Positions 10,953 to 20,862 of a stretch of DNA of 64,000 bases are shown here, piece after piece. The notes under the pieces are model-generated. The model was not told the origin of the DNA and did no database searches. It saw only the letters and a program-made list of their open reading frames with translations. Location: assembly GCA_048940925.1 (NCBI GenBank), contig JBHLOC010000022.1:1-64000 (forward strand), given 5' to 3'. The stretch's first letter is position 1. Each line of letters opens with the position of its first letter. The position numbers and the translations under genes are program-made. This DNA is from Promethearchaeota archaeon. Its GTDB lineage: Archaea > Asgardarchaeota > Lokiarchaeia > Sigyniarchaeales > SOKP01.

Positions 10953-12452
10953 ATGGGAGAAGATATTATTGTAGAAACTACACATGGTAAAGTAAGGGGA
11001 TATAGTAAAAGAGGTGTCATTAAATTTAAGGGGATTCCATATGCTGCACCACCTATAGGAAATCTCCGTTTCAAACCTCCAGCCCCAGTTGAGCCTTGGA
11101 ACGATGTACTTGATGCAACAAATTATAGTCTTATTTCAATCCAGCCACCTTCACGCCTTGAAGCAATGTTCGGGGAACCATTGCCTCAGAGTGAAGCAGA
11201 ATGCTTAACCTTAAATGTATGGACCCAAGGATTAGATAATAAAAAAAGACCTGTTATGTTTTGGATACATGGTGGAGGATTCATTACAGGAACTGGTGCT
11301 ACTTTGGATGGATCACGGTTAGTTGTTAGGGGGAATATAGTCGTAGTTAGTATTAACTATCGTCTTGGATATCTTGGCTTTTTATATATGCCAGATATGC
11401 CTGATACGACTGCTAACGCGGGATTACTTGATATGGTCGCAGCACTTGAATGGGTTAAAGAAAATATCTCTAATTTTGGAGGAGATCCTAATAATGTCAC
11501 TATTTTTGGGGAATCTGCTGGTGGTATGGCGGTTTCCACCCTACTTGCTACGCCTTCAGCTAAGGGATTGTTTCATAGAGCTATCCCACAATCCGGAGCT
11601 GCAAGTAAATTTAGTTTTAATCCTGTCTCTGCGATTCAAGTGTATGAAGATTTAATTCAAAAATTAGGAGTTGAGAAAGGAGATATAGAAGCGTTACGGA
11701 AACTACCAGCTGAAAGTTTTATTGTACCACAGATGGAAACGACGGGATTCCAAGCAAGGGGATTAAGAGTAGGACCGGTTGTAGATAAAAATACTCTACC
11801 AGTTCACCCACAAGAAGCTATATCTAAGGGATTTGCTAAAGATATCGATATATTCATCGGAACAAACTTGGATGAAAACAAATTATTTTTAATATGGAAC
11901 CCGAAGGCTTTCGAGCTTACAGAGGAAGGATTAGATAAATATGTAAATTCACTTATGCGAAATGTAAAACATGAAGAAAGTAAAGGTAAGGAAATAATAG
12001 AGAAATATCGAGAATTAAGAAAAACCCCAAGAGATATTGTGGATGCGATTTCAACAGATTATACATTTCGGATACCTTCTATTCGTCTTGCTGAAGCCCA
12101 ATCTATGTATCAAAAGAACGTTTATATGTATCTTTTCACTTGGCAGAGTTCTTTAGACGGGGGGAAATATGGGGCGATGCATGCTCTTGAACTTGCTTTT
12201 GTTTTTGGTCTTTTTGGAGATAGAGATATCGGAATTTCTCCAGCTAGAACTGAAGAAACTCAGAGATTATCAGAACAAATGATGGACGCCTGGATTGCGT
12301 TTGCTCGTTCGGGTAACCCAAATCATGAAAATATTCCAGAATTGCCTCCTTATGATAAAGAAAAAAGAGCCACAATACTCTTTGATAAGCAGGTCTCAAT
12401 TGAACAAGATCCCTATGGAAATGAAAGAACAGCGTGGGACGGCATTATCTAA
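10953..12452 (+). CDS. Type-B carboxylesterase/lipase, copy 3
   Basis: HGGGF, GESAG, GTNLDE, HALEL; GGAGATGGT SD-like sequence upstream. Confidence 0.93.
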   Translation: MGEDIIVETTHGKVRGYSKRGVIKFKGIPYAAPPIGNLRFKPPAPVEPWNDVLDATNYSLISIQPPSRLEAMFGEPLPQSEAECLTLNVWTQGLDNKKRPVMFWIHGGGFITGTGATLDGSRLVVRGNIVVVSINYRLGYLGFLYMPDMPDTTANAGLLDMVAALEWVKENISNFGGDPNNVTIFGESAGGMAVSTLLATPSAKGLFHRAIPQSGAASKFSFNPVSAIQVYEDLIQKLGVEKGDIEALRKLPAESFIVPQMETTGFQARGLRVGPVVDKNTLPVHPQEAISKGFAKDIDIFIGTNLDENKLFLIWNPKAFELTEEGLDKYVNSLMRNVKHEESKGKEIIEKYRELRKTPRDIVDAISTDYTFRIPSIRLAEAQSMYQKNVYMYLFTWQSSLDGGKYGAMHALELAFVFGLFGDRDIGISPARTEETQRLSEQMMDAWIAFARSGNPNHENIPELPPYDKEKRATILFDKQVSIEQDPYGNERTAWDGII

Positions 12453-12656
12453 TTATCTCTAATATTTAAAATTAAATTCTTCTTTTTTTGTTCATTAATG
12501 AAATTACCAGAAATTAAGGAGATCATATTTTTTCTTTTAAAAATACTATTTATAGAAATTCTTTTTCATAATAGTTCTTTTATTATAACAAAAAACAATT
12601 ATATAGTTAAAAATTCATATTAGACACTGTAAAATATAAGATATAAGGTGTAAAAA

Positions 12657-13484
12657 ATGTCTGAAGAAAAAAAGTTTGAACATGTTAAAATAGAGAAAAA
12701 TGAAGATGGGAATTATGCTGTCATATCAATAATTAGACCCGATAAATTAAACGCTCTGCAAAATCAGACGCTCAGAGAAATTGCTGAAGCTTTAGAAAGT
12801 GTAGAAACTGACGAAAGCGTGCGTTGTGTAGTCTTACGTGGAGTAAAAGAATATACAAAAAAACCTGCTTTTTCTGCTGGTGCGGACCTCTCAGCTCGGA
12901 GCGGATCTAAACTTAATATGGAAAATATAAGGCATCGCAGTCATGCAATGTATTTACGACATAAATATTATGATTTAATTGAAGAATTTCCAAAACCTCT
13001 GATTGCCGCTGTTGATGGCTATGCATTAGGAGGAGGATTAGAATTAGTATTAGTATGTGATTTAGTTATCGCATCGAAAAGATCAGAGTTTGGATTTCCA
13101 GAAATTAAAAGAGGGATCTTTCCTGGTAATGGAGGAACACAACGGATGATTAGAAACTTAGGAAAAATGAGAGTTAATAGGATGATGTACTTCGGAGAAC
13201 ATTTTACTGCAGAACAAATGAACGAATGGGGCTTTATTTCATTCCTCGTTGATGATGATAAATTTGAAGATTTTGTACACGAAAAGGCATCATGGTTAGG
13301 GAATGCAGCAACAAATTCTCTATATGTTATTAAAAAATGTATTCAATATGGGACCCAAGTGCCCCTTAATGTTGGTTTACAGTTCGAACATTGGGCATAT
13401 GCGTTAAATACGACTAGTAAGGATGTTACTGAGGGAGTTTCTGCCTTCTTACAAAAGAGGGAACCAAAATTTCAAGGTAAATAA
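12657..13484 (+). CDS. Enoyl-CoA hydratase (crotonase)
   Basis: AFSAGADL, GYALGGGLE, GFPEIKRGIFPGNGGTQR, AFLQKREPKFQGK. Confidence 0.93.
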   Translation: MSEEKKFEHVKIEKNEDGNYAVISIIRPDKLNALQNQTLREIAEALESVETDESVRCVVLRGVKEYTKKPAFSAGADLSARSGSKLNMENIRHRSHAMYLRHKYYDLIEEFPKPLIAAVDGYALGGGLELVLVCDLVIASKRSEFGFPEIKRGIFPGNGGTQRMIRNLGKMRVNRMMYFGEHFTAEQMNEWGFISFLVDDDKFEDFVHEKASWLGNAATNSLYVIKKCIQYGTQVPLNVGLQFEHWAYALNTTSKDVTEGVSAFLQKREPKFQGK

Positions 13485-13577
13485 TTATTATTACAACTAA
13501 CAATTCTTTTTTTCCTAACTTTACTTAAATGGAATCGTCACATTAAATTTAAATAATTATATTAAGATCATATATTT

Positions 13578-14723
13578 TTATTTAGATTTAAGAAAAGCTC
13601 TTCCAAGATTAGCTGAACGAGCGTCTCCAAGAATAGTATTAGACATTTTATTCATTACAAAGGCATAACTAATTTTTTCATCAAGATCCATAACAAGTGA
13701 AGAACCTCCCCATCCACCCCAACAAAAAGCATGTGGATTACGACCTAGTCGGATCTCTTTACTATTAAGTCCAAATCCTAAACCCCATCGTATTGGGATT
13801 TGTATAACTAAATCCTTGCTATAAGATTGTTCTTCTATAGCCTTCTTAATTGTATTGATCGAAAGCAAGCTTACACCATCAAGTTCTCCACCGCAAGCCA
13901 ATGCTGCTCCTATCTTTGCGGCAGATCTTGCATTTCCATGTCCATTTGCAGCAGGAATTTCAGCACTACGCCATTCTCGACTCAAACATTTATTAGTATC
14001 TATAATAGGACCAAAGAATCCTTTTGCTGCACTTGATTCTGCATCGTTTCTCCTAGTTAAGTTGGATTCAAGTGGAGGAGGTGCAATCAACTCGGCAACT
14101 CGGGAATCATATTCCTCAGGTAATCCAATGTGGAAATCTGCATTAAGTGGAATTGCTACTTCATCCCGAAAGAAAGTACCAATGGTCTTACCTGTAACTC
14201 GTCGAACTAATTCACCTAATAAATACCCTTGGGTTATTCCATGGTACCCACTCCTAGTTCCAGGTTCCCATGACGGTTTTTGGGCAGCTAGCATATTTAC
14301 TATTTGATTCCAGTTGTAAAGTGTCTCCATCTGAATTACTTTATCGAAACCAGGTAATCCTGCAGTATGACTAAGAAGGTAACGAACAGGTAAATTTTCC
14401 TTACCAGCTTGGGCAAATTCAGGCCAATAGTTAGCCACAGGAACATCTAAGTCTATTTGTTCTCTATCTATAAGCATTAATACGCAAATTACAGACATAA
14501 TTTTAGTGGTTGAAAAAACATTAACTATAGTGTCCTTTTCCCATGGGCGAGTTTTAGCAGCATCAGCATAACCACCCCATATATCAATCACAAATTCACC
14601 TTCAATGGTGGCAGCAAACGAAGCACCAATGTCTGTTCCAGATTCAAGACTTTCCTTTAATACTCTTTTAACTGGCTCGAATCGTTCTTCGCAATACCCA
14701 TATATTTCAATTTTATTTGACAT
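13578..14723 (-). CDS. Serine hydrolase, beta-lactamase class C/EstB-like (family VIII esterase); start probably MSNKIE at 14723 rather than 14768
   Basis: FSTTK (SxxK), LLSHTAGL, GYHG, WGGWGGS. Confidence 0.9.
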   Translation of the reverse strand: MSNKIEIYGYCEERFEPVKRVLKESLESGTDIGASFAATIEGEFVIDIWGGYADAAKTRPWEKDTIVNVFSTTKIMSVICVLMLIDREQIDLDVPVANYWPEFAQAGKENLPVRYLLSHTAGLPGFDKVIQMETLYNWNQIVNMLAAQKPSWEPGTRSGYHGITQGYLLGELVRRVTGKTIGTFFRDEVAIPLNADFHIGLPEEYDSRVAELIAPPPLESNLTRRNDAESSAAKGFFGPIIDTNKCLSREWRSAEIPAANGHGNARSAAKIGAALACGGELDGVSLLSINTIKKAIEEQSYSKDLVIQIPIRWGLGFGLNSKEIRLGRNPHAFCWGGWGGSSLVMDLDEKISYAFVMNKMSNTILGDARSANLGRAFLKSK

Positions 14724-14960
14724 CTTTTTCATTCGCAAATATTTGTTAAAATTATACTTTTTTATCAAAATTTTTTATTTAATTCAGATAACATAAAAAT
14801 TCTCTAATAATTTTATTAGAGTCTTTAATATGAATAATTATACACTAATTTTCATAAAGTTGATATATAATTTTAAAATTGTTAAAATAATATTTTTAAT
14901 TTTTAACTTTAACATAAAATTTTATTAAAAATAAAACAATTACAAAAAAGTGAAAAAAAT

Positions 14961-16241
14961 TTGGTTGAATTAAACGAAGTTTGGTTAATTGATTATGCCC
15001 GTACAGCATTTTCTCGATGCAGACCAAGAACGCCAGAAAGGGATGTTTTTGGTGAGGTTAGAGGAGATGAATTGCTAGCTCAGTTATTAATGAAATTCTT
15101 TGATGAAAAATTAGCAGATAAAGGCATAGAAAAAAAAGATATGGAAGAATCTTCTGTTGGAGTCGCAGCAGGCGTAGGGGAAGGTTGGACTTATGGAGGG
15201 AGACTTCCCATCTTTATGGCAGGATTTCCAGCAACAGTACCTGCATTCTTTATAGATAGACAATGTGGCTCAGCAGGTTCTGGCATGCATATGGGAATTA
15301 TGGAAATTATGACGGGTAACGCAAAATGTGTATTAGCTAATGGATTTGAACATATGGGTCGGGGTAGGGGTACTGGAACTAGCCCAAATATGAAGATGAT
15401 GGATAAAAATAGTAAATATTATCGTCCTGATCTTGATCTGCGAACCACTTTTAGTATGATTCAGACAGCTCAAAAGTTATATGAAGAAGAAGTGCCTACA
15501 TTTACTAAAGAAGATTTAGATAAGTTTGGAGTAAGAAGCCATAATCTAACTGTCAAAAGTCATGAGGACGGTTGGTTTAAAGGTGAAATAATACCTATCG
15601 AAGGTCACGTAGAAGGTGATGTTAACACACCTCTGATGGTCGATAGAGATATGAATGCAAGATCGTCAAGTATGGAGGCACACGCAAAATTACCAAGATT
15701 ATCACAACCATTTTATTTAGAGAAGAATGGTGGGAAAGAAGGTTATGTTAAGAGAGAAGGCACAGAACAAGGAGTTATAACTGTTGGAAATTCCTCCCCT
15801 CTAAACGCAGGTGCCACAACTGCAGTTTGTATGGATGCTAAGGAGGCTAAAGAAAGGGGTATTGAACCAATGGCTAGAATTATATCAATTGGTTGGGCGG
15901 CAGTAGATCCATCTGTTATGGGACGAGGACCAGTACCTGCTACAAAACGGGCTTTAAAAGTTGCTGGATTAACAGTTGAAGATATTGATTATTGGGAAAT
16001 AAATGAAGCATTTTGCATTGTAACTTTGAATTGTATGGATAAATTTAATTTACCTTGGGAAAAAGTTAATGTTATGGGTGGATCAACAGCAATTGGACAT
16101 CCATTAGGAGCCACTATGGTTCGACTTACTGGAACTTTAGCAAGGATCTTAAAAGATAAGAAAGCAAAGTATGGCGTTGCGAATGCCTGTGTTGGCGGTG
16201 GACAGGGCGTAGCAACTATAATAGAAAATCTCGATGCATAA
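14961..16241 (+). CDS. Acetyl-CoA C-acyltransferase (thiolase), catalytic residues intact
   Basis: DRQCGS, NEAF, GHP, CVGGGQG; TTG start. Confidence 0.93.
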   Translation: MVELNEVWLIDYARTAFSRCRPRTPERDVFGEVRGDELLAQLLMKFFDEKLADKGIEKKDMEESSVGVAAGVGEGWTYGGRLPIFMAGFPATVPAFFIDRQCGSAGSGMHMGIMEIMTGNAKCVLANGFEHMGRGRGTGTSPNMKMMDKNSKYYRPDLDLRTTFSMIQTAQKLYEEEVPTFTKEDLDKFGVRSHNLTVKSHEDGWFKGEIIPIEGHVEGDVNTPLMVDRDMNARSSSMEAHAKLPRLSQPFYLEKNGGKEGYVKREGTEQGVITVGNSSPLNAGATTAVCMDAKEAKERGIEPMARIISIGWAAVDPSVMGRGPVPATKRALKVAGLTVEDIDYWEINEAFCIVTLNCMDKFNLPWEKVNVMGGSTAIGHPLGATMVRLTGTLARILKDKKAKYGVANACVGGGQGVATIIENLDA

Positions 16242-16265
16242 TTTTTTCATAATTCACTTATAAGC

Positions 16266-16276
16266 TTTTTTTTTTT
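16266..16276 (+). terminator. Oligo-T archaeal terminator candidate
   Basis: T11 tract about 25 nt after the thiolase stop. Confidence 0.5.
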
Positions 16277-16460
16277 AATTAATTTTAAAATCTTTAATTC
16301 AATATGGGGATTTAGTTGCAATATTAGGATAAACATCAATCCTCTAGGAAATAAAGAAAAGGGGATGAAAGATTTTGTTCTTCATAATATGAAATATTTA
16401 AAGTTAAAGTTTAATTTCATACAGTAAAAAATTTTTTTAAAAACTATAAGTGATATAAAT

Positions 16461-17402
16461 ATGGGAATGTTAGATGGAAAAGTTGCCATAATAACTGGCG
16501 CTGGTCGTGGTGTTGGTCGCGAAGAAGCATTAATTATGGCAAAAGAAGGATGCAATTTAGTAATTAATGATATTGGTGGGGGAGCTAGTCATCTTGATAA
16601 AGATGCTAAGATTGCAGATTCTGTTGTAGAAGAGGTCAAAGCTCTTGGAGTTAAAGCAATAGCAAATTACGACTCTGTAGCTGATTATAATAAGATGAAA
16701 GCTATGATAGATAACACTATTTCTGAATTTGGTAAATTAGATATCGTTGTAAACAATGCCGGAATTCTACGTGATAGGATGATATTTAATATGGCTGAAG
16801 AAGAATTTGATCTTGTTATTGCTGTTCATTTAAAGGGAACATTTAATTTATCTAGACATGCTGGAGCATATTTTAGAGAGAAAGGTAAAGCAGACGAATC
16901 TTTAGGAAATTTTGGCAGAATTATTAATACAGCTTCAGACTCTGGTTTATATGGAAATGTAGGTCAATCAAATTATGGAGCTGCTAAATCTGGAATAGCT
17001 ACTTTTACGGTAATTGTATCTAGAGAACTTGCTAAATACGCAACCGTTAATTGTGTTGTACCAAATGCCAGAACCCGTATGACTACTGATTTGACACCAA
17101 GAATAGCGGGATTTATGGAAAGAAAAACGAAAGATGGTTTTGATGTTTTTCATCCGATGCATTTTGCACCTTTAGTTGCTTATTTAGCTTCAGATGCTGC
17201 TAAAGATATTAATGGGGAAGTGTTTAGAGCTATTGGAGATAAAGTCTGGGTGTATCGTGGGTGGCGTGCTGTAAAGAAAATATCAAACAATTGGCAAACA
17301 TTTACCCCACAACAACTAGCTGAGAAATTTCCTGAACTAATGAAGGATTTGCCTGATAAAAGGGAAGGGGCAGCAAGTCCTCAGGAATTAGGAATGATGT
17401 AA
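16461..17402 (+). CDS. SDR dehydrogenase, MFE-2/HSD17B4-type 3-hydroxyacyl-CoA dehydrogenase-like
   Basis: TGAGRGVG, VINDIGG, ANYDSV, NNAGILRD, GLYGNVGQSNYGAAK. Confidence 0.88.
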   Translation: MGMLDGKVAIITGAGRGVGREEALIMAKEGCNLVINDIGGGASHLDKDAKIADSVVEEVKALGVKAIANYDSVADYNKMKAMIDNTISEFGKLDIVVNNAGILRDRMIFNMAEEEFDLVIAVHLKGTFNLSRHAGAYFREKGKADESLGNFGRIINTASDSGLYGNVGQSNYGAAKSGIATFTVIVSRELAKYATVNCVVPNARTRMTTDLTPRIAGFMERKTKDGFDVFHPMHFAPLVAYLASDAAKDINGEVFRAIGDKVWVYRGWRAVKKISNNWQTFTPQQLAEKFPELMKDLPDKREGAASPQELGMM

Positions 17403-17422
17403 TTTAATTAAAATATTTTCTA

Positions 17423-17432
17423 TTTTTTTTTT
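17423..17432 (+). terminator. Oligo-T terminator candidate
   Basis: T10 tract about 20 nt after the SDR stop. Confidence 0.45.
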
Positions 17433-17478
17433 ATTTTTATTGACGCTTTAATTAATTAGCATATTTAAGTATAAAATA

Positions 17479-18372
17479 GTGATTAAATTGGTTTTTATTC
17501 ATAAGGAAGGAAAATTTAATGAGAATAGTTATTTAATTGATGGATATTTATTTGGAGCACCTAGAAGTCTTGCTCTTTATGTTATTGAAAATAATGGAAC
17601 TCGGATGCTCATAGATACGTCTACTTCAGAAAGCGCAGAAAAAATCATAGAAAAGTTAAAAGAATTTAAGATTTACCCAGTTCATAAGATTTTACTAACT
17701 CATTCACACGGGGATCATACTGCTGGAGTTAACAAATTAACCGAATTAATGAAAGACATCGATATTGAAGTTTTAGCCTCAGAGAATGCAGTTGAGAACT
17801 TAAAAAAGCCTGCAGTCATGAATGATGTATTTGATTTTACAGTAGAACCAATAAATGAAGTTATACCATTAAAAGAAGGTGATTTTATTGATTTAAATGG
17901 TCTAAAGTTAGAAATTTTTAATTTTTTTGGTCATACCATGGATTCGATAGCATTATTAGACGAGAAAAACAGAAATATATTTACTGGTGATGCAATTATT
18001 GATAGAGCAGGATATAATTATGTACAACCTACTTTTATGCCCCCAAATTTCAATGAATCTGAATTAATGAAGACATTTCAAAAACTTAAGAATTTGAAAA
18101 ATAAGCTAAATTCTATTGCATTAGCTCATTTTGGGGTATGGGTTGATGAGGATTTTGAAAAAATTCTTAATGAGATGGAAACTCTTCACTTTGAAACCAA
18201 AAATTCACTAATTCACTGGTATAAAGAAAATTTATCAATTAAAGAGATAGCAAGGAAATACATTGAAAGATTCATGCCAAAGTCTAAAATTATCGAATAC
18301 GGATTACTAGATAATTTTAAAATGAATATAAACTGGTTATTAGAAGGTTTGAAAAGAAGTGGATTCATTTAA
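17479..18372 (+). CDS. Metallo-beta-lactamase-fold hydrolase
   Basis: THSHGDH, GHT, FTGDA, AHFG. Confidence 0.9.
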   Translation: MIKLVFIHKEGKFNENSYLIDGYLFGAPRSLALYVIENNGTRMLIDTSTSESAEKIIEKLKEFKIYPVHKILLTHSHGDHTAGVNKLTELMKDIDIEVLASENAVENLKKPAVMNDVFDFTVEPINEVIPLKEGDFIDLNGLKLEIFNFFGHTMDSIALLDEKNRNIFTGDAIIDRAGYNYVQPTFMPPNFNESELMKTFQKLKNLKNKLNSIALAHFGVWVDEDFEKILNEMETLHFETKNSLIHWYKENLSIKEIARKYIERFMPKSKIIEYGLLDNFKMNINWLLEGLKRSGFI

Positions 18373-18485
18373 AAATATGACATGAAAAGTATTGATGAAA
18401 AAAATAAATCATAGTCGAAATAATTAATATATTGTTAGATACAAAAATTAATTAATTAAATATTAAAAATTAGAAAGGGTTAAAA

Positions 18486-19328
18486 ATGACTAGTTTAGAT
18501 TTAGACATTATAGGTAAAGAAACAGAAGAGAGAATTCGTAAATATACTTGGAAAGATGTAATTCTATATAATTTAGGAATTGGGGCTCAGCCCGATGAGT
18601 TACCCTTTGTTTATGAAAGATATCCTGGAGGAGTTCAAGTTTTTCCTAGCTATGCTTGCATCATTGGAGGAGCTGGATTTCCTAAATTTAGTAAAAAGGG
18701 AATCGATGGTGCTCGTTTTATTCATGGAGAACAAATGATCAAGCTTTATAAACCTTTTCCCTCAGAAGGAGAGATTAAGGTTAAAGGAGTATGTGAAAAC
18801 ATGTTTGACAAGGGAAAAGCCGCAGTTATTCATACAAGAATTTCTGGAAGAACTATGGAAGGTGAACAAATTTTTGATACTAAGTATGTTCATTTCTATA
18901 TTGGAGAAGGTGGATGGGGAGGAGATCGTGGTCCAAAAGCTGAACCACTAGACCCTCCTGAAGGAAAAGATCCTGATTTTAGTATAACTTATAAAACTAA
19001 TATAAATCAAGCAGCAATATATAGACTAAGCGGTGATTTAAACCCTCTACATATAGATCCTACCTTTGCAAAAAGAAGTGGGAGATTTGACAGACCAATT
19101 CTTCATGGATTGTGTACTTATGGTCATGCAACTCGTGCTATAGTATATGGTCTTTGTGACGGTGATGTAGCTCGATTCAAGGAATTCAAAGCACGATTTA
19201 CAAGTGAAGTATACCCTGGAGAAGCCCTTACTACTGAGGGTTGGAAAGAAAACGGACGCTACTTAATTCAAGTGCGATCTGAGCGGGATACAGTAGTTCT
19301 GGGAAATGCTTATGCTATTGTAGAATAA
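18486..19328 (+). CDS. Double hot-dog (R)-specific enoyl-CoA hydratase 2 (MaoC/MFE-2 hydratase-like)
   Basis: HGEQ, YRLSGDLNPLHIDP hydratase-2 motif, PILHGLCTYG. Confidence 0.92.
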   Translation: MTSLDLDIIGKETEERIRKYTWKDVILYNLGIGAQPDELPFVYERYPGGVQVFPSYACIIGGAGFPKFSKKGIDGARFIHGEQMIKLYKPFPSEGEIKVKGVCENMFDKGKAAVIHTRISGRTMEGEQIFDTKYVHFYIGEGGWGGDRGPKAEPLDPPEGKDPDFSITYKTNINQAAIYRLSGDLNPLHIDPTFAKRSGRFDRPILHGLCTYGHATRAIVYGLCDGDVARFKEFKARFTSEVYPGEALTTEGWKENGRYLIQVRSERDTVVLGNAYAIVE

Positions 19329-19507
19329 TTTTAAAAATTGTTCCATTTTTTCTTTTTTATCATTGATATATTCAATCGAGTTGAGATAAAGAGACACTCT
19401 CGCAAATTCTTTTGTGGAAGAAAGACTTCTTATTTTTCCTTAGAATTTTGAAATCGATAAAAGGATCAATTTCATTTCATAAAAAAAGAGAAAAAAACTT
19501 AATATTT

Positions 19508-20644
19508 TTAATTGTTTCTTGGGGGCAGCATTCTTACCATTCTCGGACCCTCAATAAGAGAAATAGCATTTTCAGGGCAATGATAAGCACACACTCCACA
19601 TCCCACACAGATATCTTCATTTCTTACTGCTATATTGTCATCATTTAATTCGATGGCTTTATTGTAGCACAAATCTACACAGATGCCACACCCAACACAC
19701 AAATCTTCATCAATACTAGATAAATAATTAGTAGCATTAACAACGGGGAAAATGAGACAGTCTTTAGCAGTTAAGCAACAACAACTACAACAATTACAAA
19801 TCGCTACTTCTTCTTTGTTAGTATCACCATGTAGGTGGTATGCTTTATGAACCAATCCCGCATCTTCACATTTTTTTAGAACTTCAAGCGCTTCTTCTTT
19901 AGATACCAAGTTAGAAAACCCATGATTAGAAGTATGTCTTGCAGATTTACCTAATGTCATACATGTTGGTATAAGTTCAATTTGTTTACATGGTTCTCCT
20001 AAAAATTCCTGGTGTTGTCGACAATAACAATGTCCTATAGCAATATCATCATATTTTTCAATGAGTTCTCGTATCCGTTGAGTTGGTAAAATCTGTTCTG
20101 TTGGAACTTGGAGTTCTTTATTAACAATTACATTAATTTCTTCACCGGTTACAAGATTTTCTAATATAGGGACTGTTCGATCTACTGGTCCCATCCTACT
20201 TAATGCTGCTCTCATTCCATCATAGTTAGATTGTACGTATTCACTCGATTCTTCATTAAGTTTATAGAATAATTTAGCTAATTTGTAATTCTCCTCTGTT
20301 TTATCAAGTTTTTGCATGAAAATATATTCAAATTGTCGTCCCATCATTAATAAACGATATACCATTACCCCATATCGGTTGGGCTGATTGAAAATAACCC
20401 CAGTTTTTGCTAGAGCATCTGTTTTTCTCAAGATTTCATCTTCAGATAAACCACTACTTTCTTTTAATTGTTCCATTGTTTGGGAGATATTTTTCTCAAA
20501 AGCCATCACAAGATCGAGATTTTCATCCTTAATGGTATACTTTAATATTTCATGCAGTGTTTCCGACCAACCATGATGAAAACCCCCCGCTTTAGCTAAA
20601 ATATTAGCCGCTTTTCTATAATCTGCTTCACTCATTTTTAACAT
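19508..20644 (-). CDS. Multi-Fe-S protein (HTH-like, Cys-rich, 2x[4Fe-4S]), paralog of 2242..3375
   Basis: QTMEQLKESSGLSE identical to the paralog, CYCR, ICNCCSCCC, two CxxCxxCxxxC motifs. Confidence 0.85.
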   Translation of the reverse strand: MLKMSEADYRKAANILAKAGGFHHGWSETLHEILKYTIKDENLDLVMAFEKNISQTMEQLKESSGLSEDEILRKTDALAKTGVIFNQPNRYGVMVYRLLMMGRQFEYIFMQKLDKTEENYKLAKLFYKLNEESSEYVQSNYDGMRAALSRMGPVDRTVPILENLVTGEEINVIVNKELQVPTEQILPTQRIRELIEKYDDIAIGHCYCRQHQEFLGEPCKQIELIPTCMTLGKSARHTSNHGFSNLVSKEEALEVLKKCEDAGLVHKAYHLHGDTNKEEVAICNCCSCCCLTAKDCLIFPVVNATNYLSSIDEDLCVGCGICVDLCYNKAIELNDDNIAVRNEDICVGCGVCAYHCPENAISLIEGPRMVRMLPPRNN

Positions 20645-20862
20645 CTAAATTGATTAATTTATATCAGATAATTATTTTAGTATTTTATTGAAACACGAAA
20701 TGTAAATAAAGTTTTATTATTTATCTTAATAGCTTTATTGCTTTTTCTTTTAATTCTAGGTAAAATGTATGGAGTTTTTTTGATCATCTTAAAATATTTA
20801 TTCAATCTATATATTTCAACATTATATTATTTTGATTTTACACAAAAAAGAGAATATGAAAT

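Noticed and set aside
16335-16385. Imperfect hairpins (ATCCTCT...AGGGGAT; ATGAAAGA...TTCTTCAT) as SECIS or ncRNA
   Set aside because: Pairing is weak and there is no adjacent selenoprotein candidate
13578-18372. Antibiotic-resistance interpretation of the beta-lactamase-family and MBL-fold genes
   Set aside because: No signal peptides; motifs and lipid-catabolic context fit esterases and hydrolases
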